The position numbers were made by a program, and so were the translations under genes. This document shows, piece by piece, positions 60,192 through 64,000 of a DNA stretch of 64,000 nucleotides. This DNA comes from Salpingoeca rosetta (Eukaryota > Protista > Choanoflagellata), in contig JAWQFM010000016.1 in assembly GCA_033442325.1 (NCBI GenBank), positions 911,679 to 975,678 on the forward strand. The letters are read 5' to 3'. The number at the start of each line of letters is the position of its first letter. Position 1 is the stretch's first letter. The notes under the pieces were generated by a model. The model saw only the letters and a program-made list of their open reading frames with translations, was not told where the DNA came from and searched no databases.

Positions 60192-63100
60192 GAGCACACA
60201 CGAGCACACACGAGCACACTGAGGCACAAACACCTCCCATCTCCCGCTTCCCTAACCTGGAACTGGTAGACGCCCAAGCCGAGTGTGTCCTCAGCAAAGG
60301 AGCGGCGGGCGTTGAGAAGAACACCGCGTGCAGCGCCGTACAGCAGCGCACGCGCGTTGCGGTCGATCAACGACAGGCCAACACCTTCGTCAAGTGTCAC
60401 CTCAAAGCTCACAAGCAGATCCTCTTGCCGGTTTTGCCGCAGCTTGCGCTCGACTGCGTGTGCACATACGAAAGCGGCAAGGAGGACCAACATGCGAGGC
60501 AATGAAGTGAACGTGCGTGGACGCTAACACAGCACGTGCACACAAGTCACCCACACTCACACAAACACACTCGCACACAAGAAGTCACGCACACGCACAC
60601 ACACACACGCACACGCACACACACACACACAACCCACGCGTTCTCAGGAACAACCAACGTACAGTCTGCTGCGTCATGGAACGTGAGCACACGGGTTGCG
60701 CCGTCGGCTGTGACCTCGCCCACAACAGCGCCACTGCCCGGTGGATCGCACAGCTGTTTGAACGACTGCGCACGATCACAGCGGCGTGTGGGCGCGGGCG
60801 AGATGATGAGGAGGGCGCCGTCGCCAACGCTGCCGGACTGGCTGTCCGACAGGACGTGCAGGGCATAGGGCGTTCCGCGCTGCAGCGAATTGGAGCTCGA
60901 TTGCACAATTTTGAAGGACAGCAGGCGTCCCTGCTCAAACTTCCACATCTGGTGCGGGGTGAGTGGAGCCTGGCCAGGCCGAACAGAGGGCGACCACTTG
61001 CGCATGTGCACCTGCGCGCCCGCCAATCCCTCTGTGGAGACTTCAAGACGATAGCCGGCCTTGTTGATGAGCTCACGGCCATGGAACTGCCACAGCTGGA
61101 ACGGGTCGCCCGCACGCCTGTTGACGAGACACGCGGGGATGTGTTCGTGTGAACCTGCGCGCCGCGCACCGACAACCAGCCCGTCCGGGCCCGTGATGAA
61201 GAACTGCTGCTTGTACCTGTGGTGGTTGCAAATAGATGGTAGATTGCAGGTAATTGTGTTGTGTTGTGTTGTGTCGTGTCGTGTTGGATGTGGTTGGACA
61301 TTCGTGAGGGAGAGGGCTTGCATGTGTGCGACACACACCAACAACAACAGTGCACGCACACACACAACTGGACGCACACACACACACGCGCATACATACA
61401 CACACACACACAACCGGACGGCACACGCGCACAGACGCACACGTACACACGACGCACACAAACGTCAGCCTGACCTGAAGCGTTCGCGCGAACGAATGCG
61501 CTGCAGGTCAAAGCGGGTGCCGGCCTTCACGTCCGTGGCTGCGGTGACCACCAGCATGGGTGAATGCGTGACAACATCCCACGCAAACGCATGCTGCTCG
61601 CCAGGATGGAGTGAGTACGCAACACCAGCGCCGTCCTGGTTGTACTTGATGGAGATCATGCTCTCGTTGACAATGCGGAACGGCGGCGCGTCGGTGCTGT
61701 CGGACACAATCACCTGCAGGCAGCGAGACGGAACACATGGAAGGGGTGGGGAGGGGAAGAGGAGTTGAGGTGGCATTTGAAGGTGAACACATGGAGCAAA
61801 TCCAATTTACAACACCGCGTGCATGCAGGCAGTAGCATGCGTATCCCACACGCGCATGTTCACAAACAGCTTCACGCAATTTGCGACACGCATGTCGCGG
61901 CAAGCAAGCTCATGTCTGCATGGCCATTCCTCGCTTCACGCGTGCTCCCACCTGCGTCGTGGCACCATGCAGCCGCACGTCCACGCGCACAATCTCGACG
62001 GCCCCATATGCGCGCGTCATCTTGATGTGCAGGGTGCCTGGATCAGCGAGGGCGTACGGTGTTGACCACGACCACGCCGCGTCCGATTCAAACTTCATCT
62101 GGACAGAAGAGCCGACGCGCAAGTCCGGAAAATGGTAGGGGACCGTTTCGCCGGCTCGCACGTGACACAACGCGGCGCCAAACGGCTGCTGGTGCTGTGA
62201 GACAAGCAGCCCGCGTGTTGTCCGGTTGACAAACTCAAATCGCGGCACAAAGCGCACGACTTTTGTGCGGAAGAACCGGCCCTGGCCTTTGTTCACCTCA
62301 ACACCAACTTGATACGCCTGTTTGGGGGGACACAGCGAACATGTTGCACATGTGGTTGTATGTACATATGTGTGTGTTGTGGAAGGAGTGAGTGGCTGGG
62401 TACATGTGTACATGTGTACGTGTGTGCGTGTGTGTGTGTACGTGTGTGTGTGTGTGTGTGTACGTGTGTGTGTGTGTGTGTGTGTGTACGTATTTAACTG
62501 TGTGTGCCCCACCTTGAGTTCTGAGGAGACGTCTGCGGCGTTGACGTCGACAGAGCCAGACGAGCCGACCGTGTCGATCGGGATGCCCTGACTCCAATAC
62601 GACGACCGCCCAAACTGCAAATAAACAAACACATGCACACATACACATACACGCACATACACACACACGCGCACGCGCGCGGCCATGATGGTGGAAGAGG
62701 TGAGGAGGAGTAGCAACAAACGGTGGTGAACTGAAGAGGTTGATAGGAAAACAGCGACATCAATAGGAAATCAACGACAAAAACAATGCCAGATGGAGGC
62801 TTGCGGGTGCACGCGTGCTGTGTACTCTATTACCCTGATTTTGCATTTGGCCTGCGAGCGAGCGATGCCTGGTGTGAACAGAATCGCGCGCTTGGTTGTG
62901 TCCTCCTGATGGCGTGCACACGTGTGAGGGAAGAGATGCATGCATTGGTGAGACAGGTCGGCAATGCGGGAAGGCAAACACATGCAACAAGGCAACACAG
63001 CGTACAACTTCAACACAGCACACCAACCCAGCACAACACCCCAATACGAGACAAGCGAGACAGCGGCCCACCTCTGGGGCCACGCCCGGCATGGCATCAT

Positions 63101-64000
63101 CGGTGTGATGGTCCATGAAGACGAGTGGCAGTCGCGTTTCGTTGAGAATCCAGAAATCGGCGACGAGATGCACGACGCGAGCGCCAAGAGGATCCTGGAG
63201 CTGATGGTTCACAATGCGCACACGCAAACACCTGTGCAGAGAATGGAGTAGGAGATGGGGGTAGTCAGTGCATCGTGCATGCGAATGAATGTGAGAGTAT
63301 GTGTGCAGTTTGTGCGTGTGAGGAGAGAGTATGTGAGGTCGTAAGAGTGAGGCACTGCTGCTCGTGGCAGTGCAAAATGTTTAGCAGGATGAATGATCCA
63401 CAATTGCCAGTTTTCGATACAGCAGCGGCCGTACGGCAAAGTGATGGCTGCCCCACCTCCTGTTTGCATCGCGGAGATGGATGAAGGGATCTGTTGCGGT
63501 GCGACTGGAGGTGGTGTGGATGAGACACACCGTGCTCCACTCAAACTTGTCAATCTTGATGCGCATGCTCAGGTTGTGCTGTGGCAATGACGGAGAAACG
63601 GTGCACATGAGACGAAATCGATGGAGCGAGAAGCGAACCAAACGCAACACGTGAGTATGCGAGAACCCCACAGCACAAAGTGCGTCACGCACGCCACAAG
63701 CATACATACAAGGAGCACACGTACCACCATGCGTGTGGGATTTGGATACACACATGCAAGCGCAACTCCACACGGCCCTTACTCCTCCCTCTCCTCTTCT
63801 CAAACTCACGTTGAGGTTGACCATGTTCAAGGCCTGGCTCTGTCCGGATGAGAGCGAGTCTGAGAGCGTGGTGTCGACAATCTCAAACCGCACATCGACC
63901 GGCAGCAAGTTGGCAATCACAAGCGGGGGCACGAGCGTGACGGTGTGGCAGGGGAGGGCCGCATCGCGTCGCCGCACGCCGTGCTCGACAATGCTGACAT
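55675..64000 (-). CDS. VPS13D: 3' portion of a VPS13-family bridge-like lipid transfer protein, VPS13D-like (5' part outside the window)
   Basis: VAB/SHR-BD repeats (LVPPLVIANLLPVD, FWILNETRLPL, FFRTKVVRFVPRFEFVNRT, PPFRIVNES, FAWD), ricin-B-like QLWQF/QMWKF insert, EVTADGATRVLTF, QVDNQ, ATG2_C-like GFFSRPIEGAKRTGATGFVKG, RIRLPRCI and a C-terminal PH-like region. The ricin-like insert points to the D subfamily. Confidence 0.8.

Overview
Eukaryotic, gene-dense, intron-rich genomic DNA. Introns are short, GT-AG, and filled with (GT)n/(CA)n/(CAC)n microsatellites; there are five N-gaps. The style and gene content suggest a choanoflagellate such as Salpingoeca rosetta (inference). Most long ORFs in the supplied track are microsatellite artefacts, so genes were rebuilt by hand-splicing. 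About 15 protein-coding genes are supported: a 5'-truncated tandem-WW + poxvirus VP39-type cap 2'-O-methyltransferase-like protein, RPE, an ependymin-related protein, a small 6-Cys single-pass membrane protein, a Kelch/Cys-rich/EGF receptor TKL kinase, a RAD51AP1/NUCKS1-like protein, RER1, SEC13, a patatin lipase, SKI2, an intronless ADAM17/10-like protease, SAMTOR/BMT2, a universal stress protein, a GT2-like glycosyltransferase and the 3' part of a VPS13D-like gene. The most novel-looking element is the spliced VP39-like gene: it is fused to WW-like domains and two catalytic tetrad residues appear substituted (D->S, K->R). Family assignments come from recalled motifs, not database searches.
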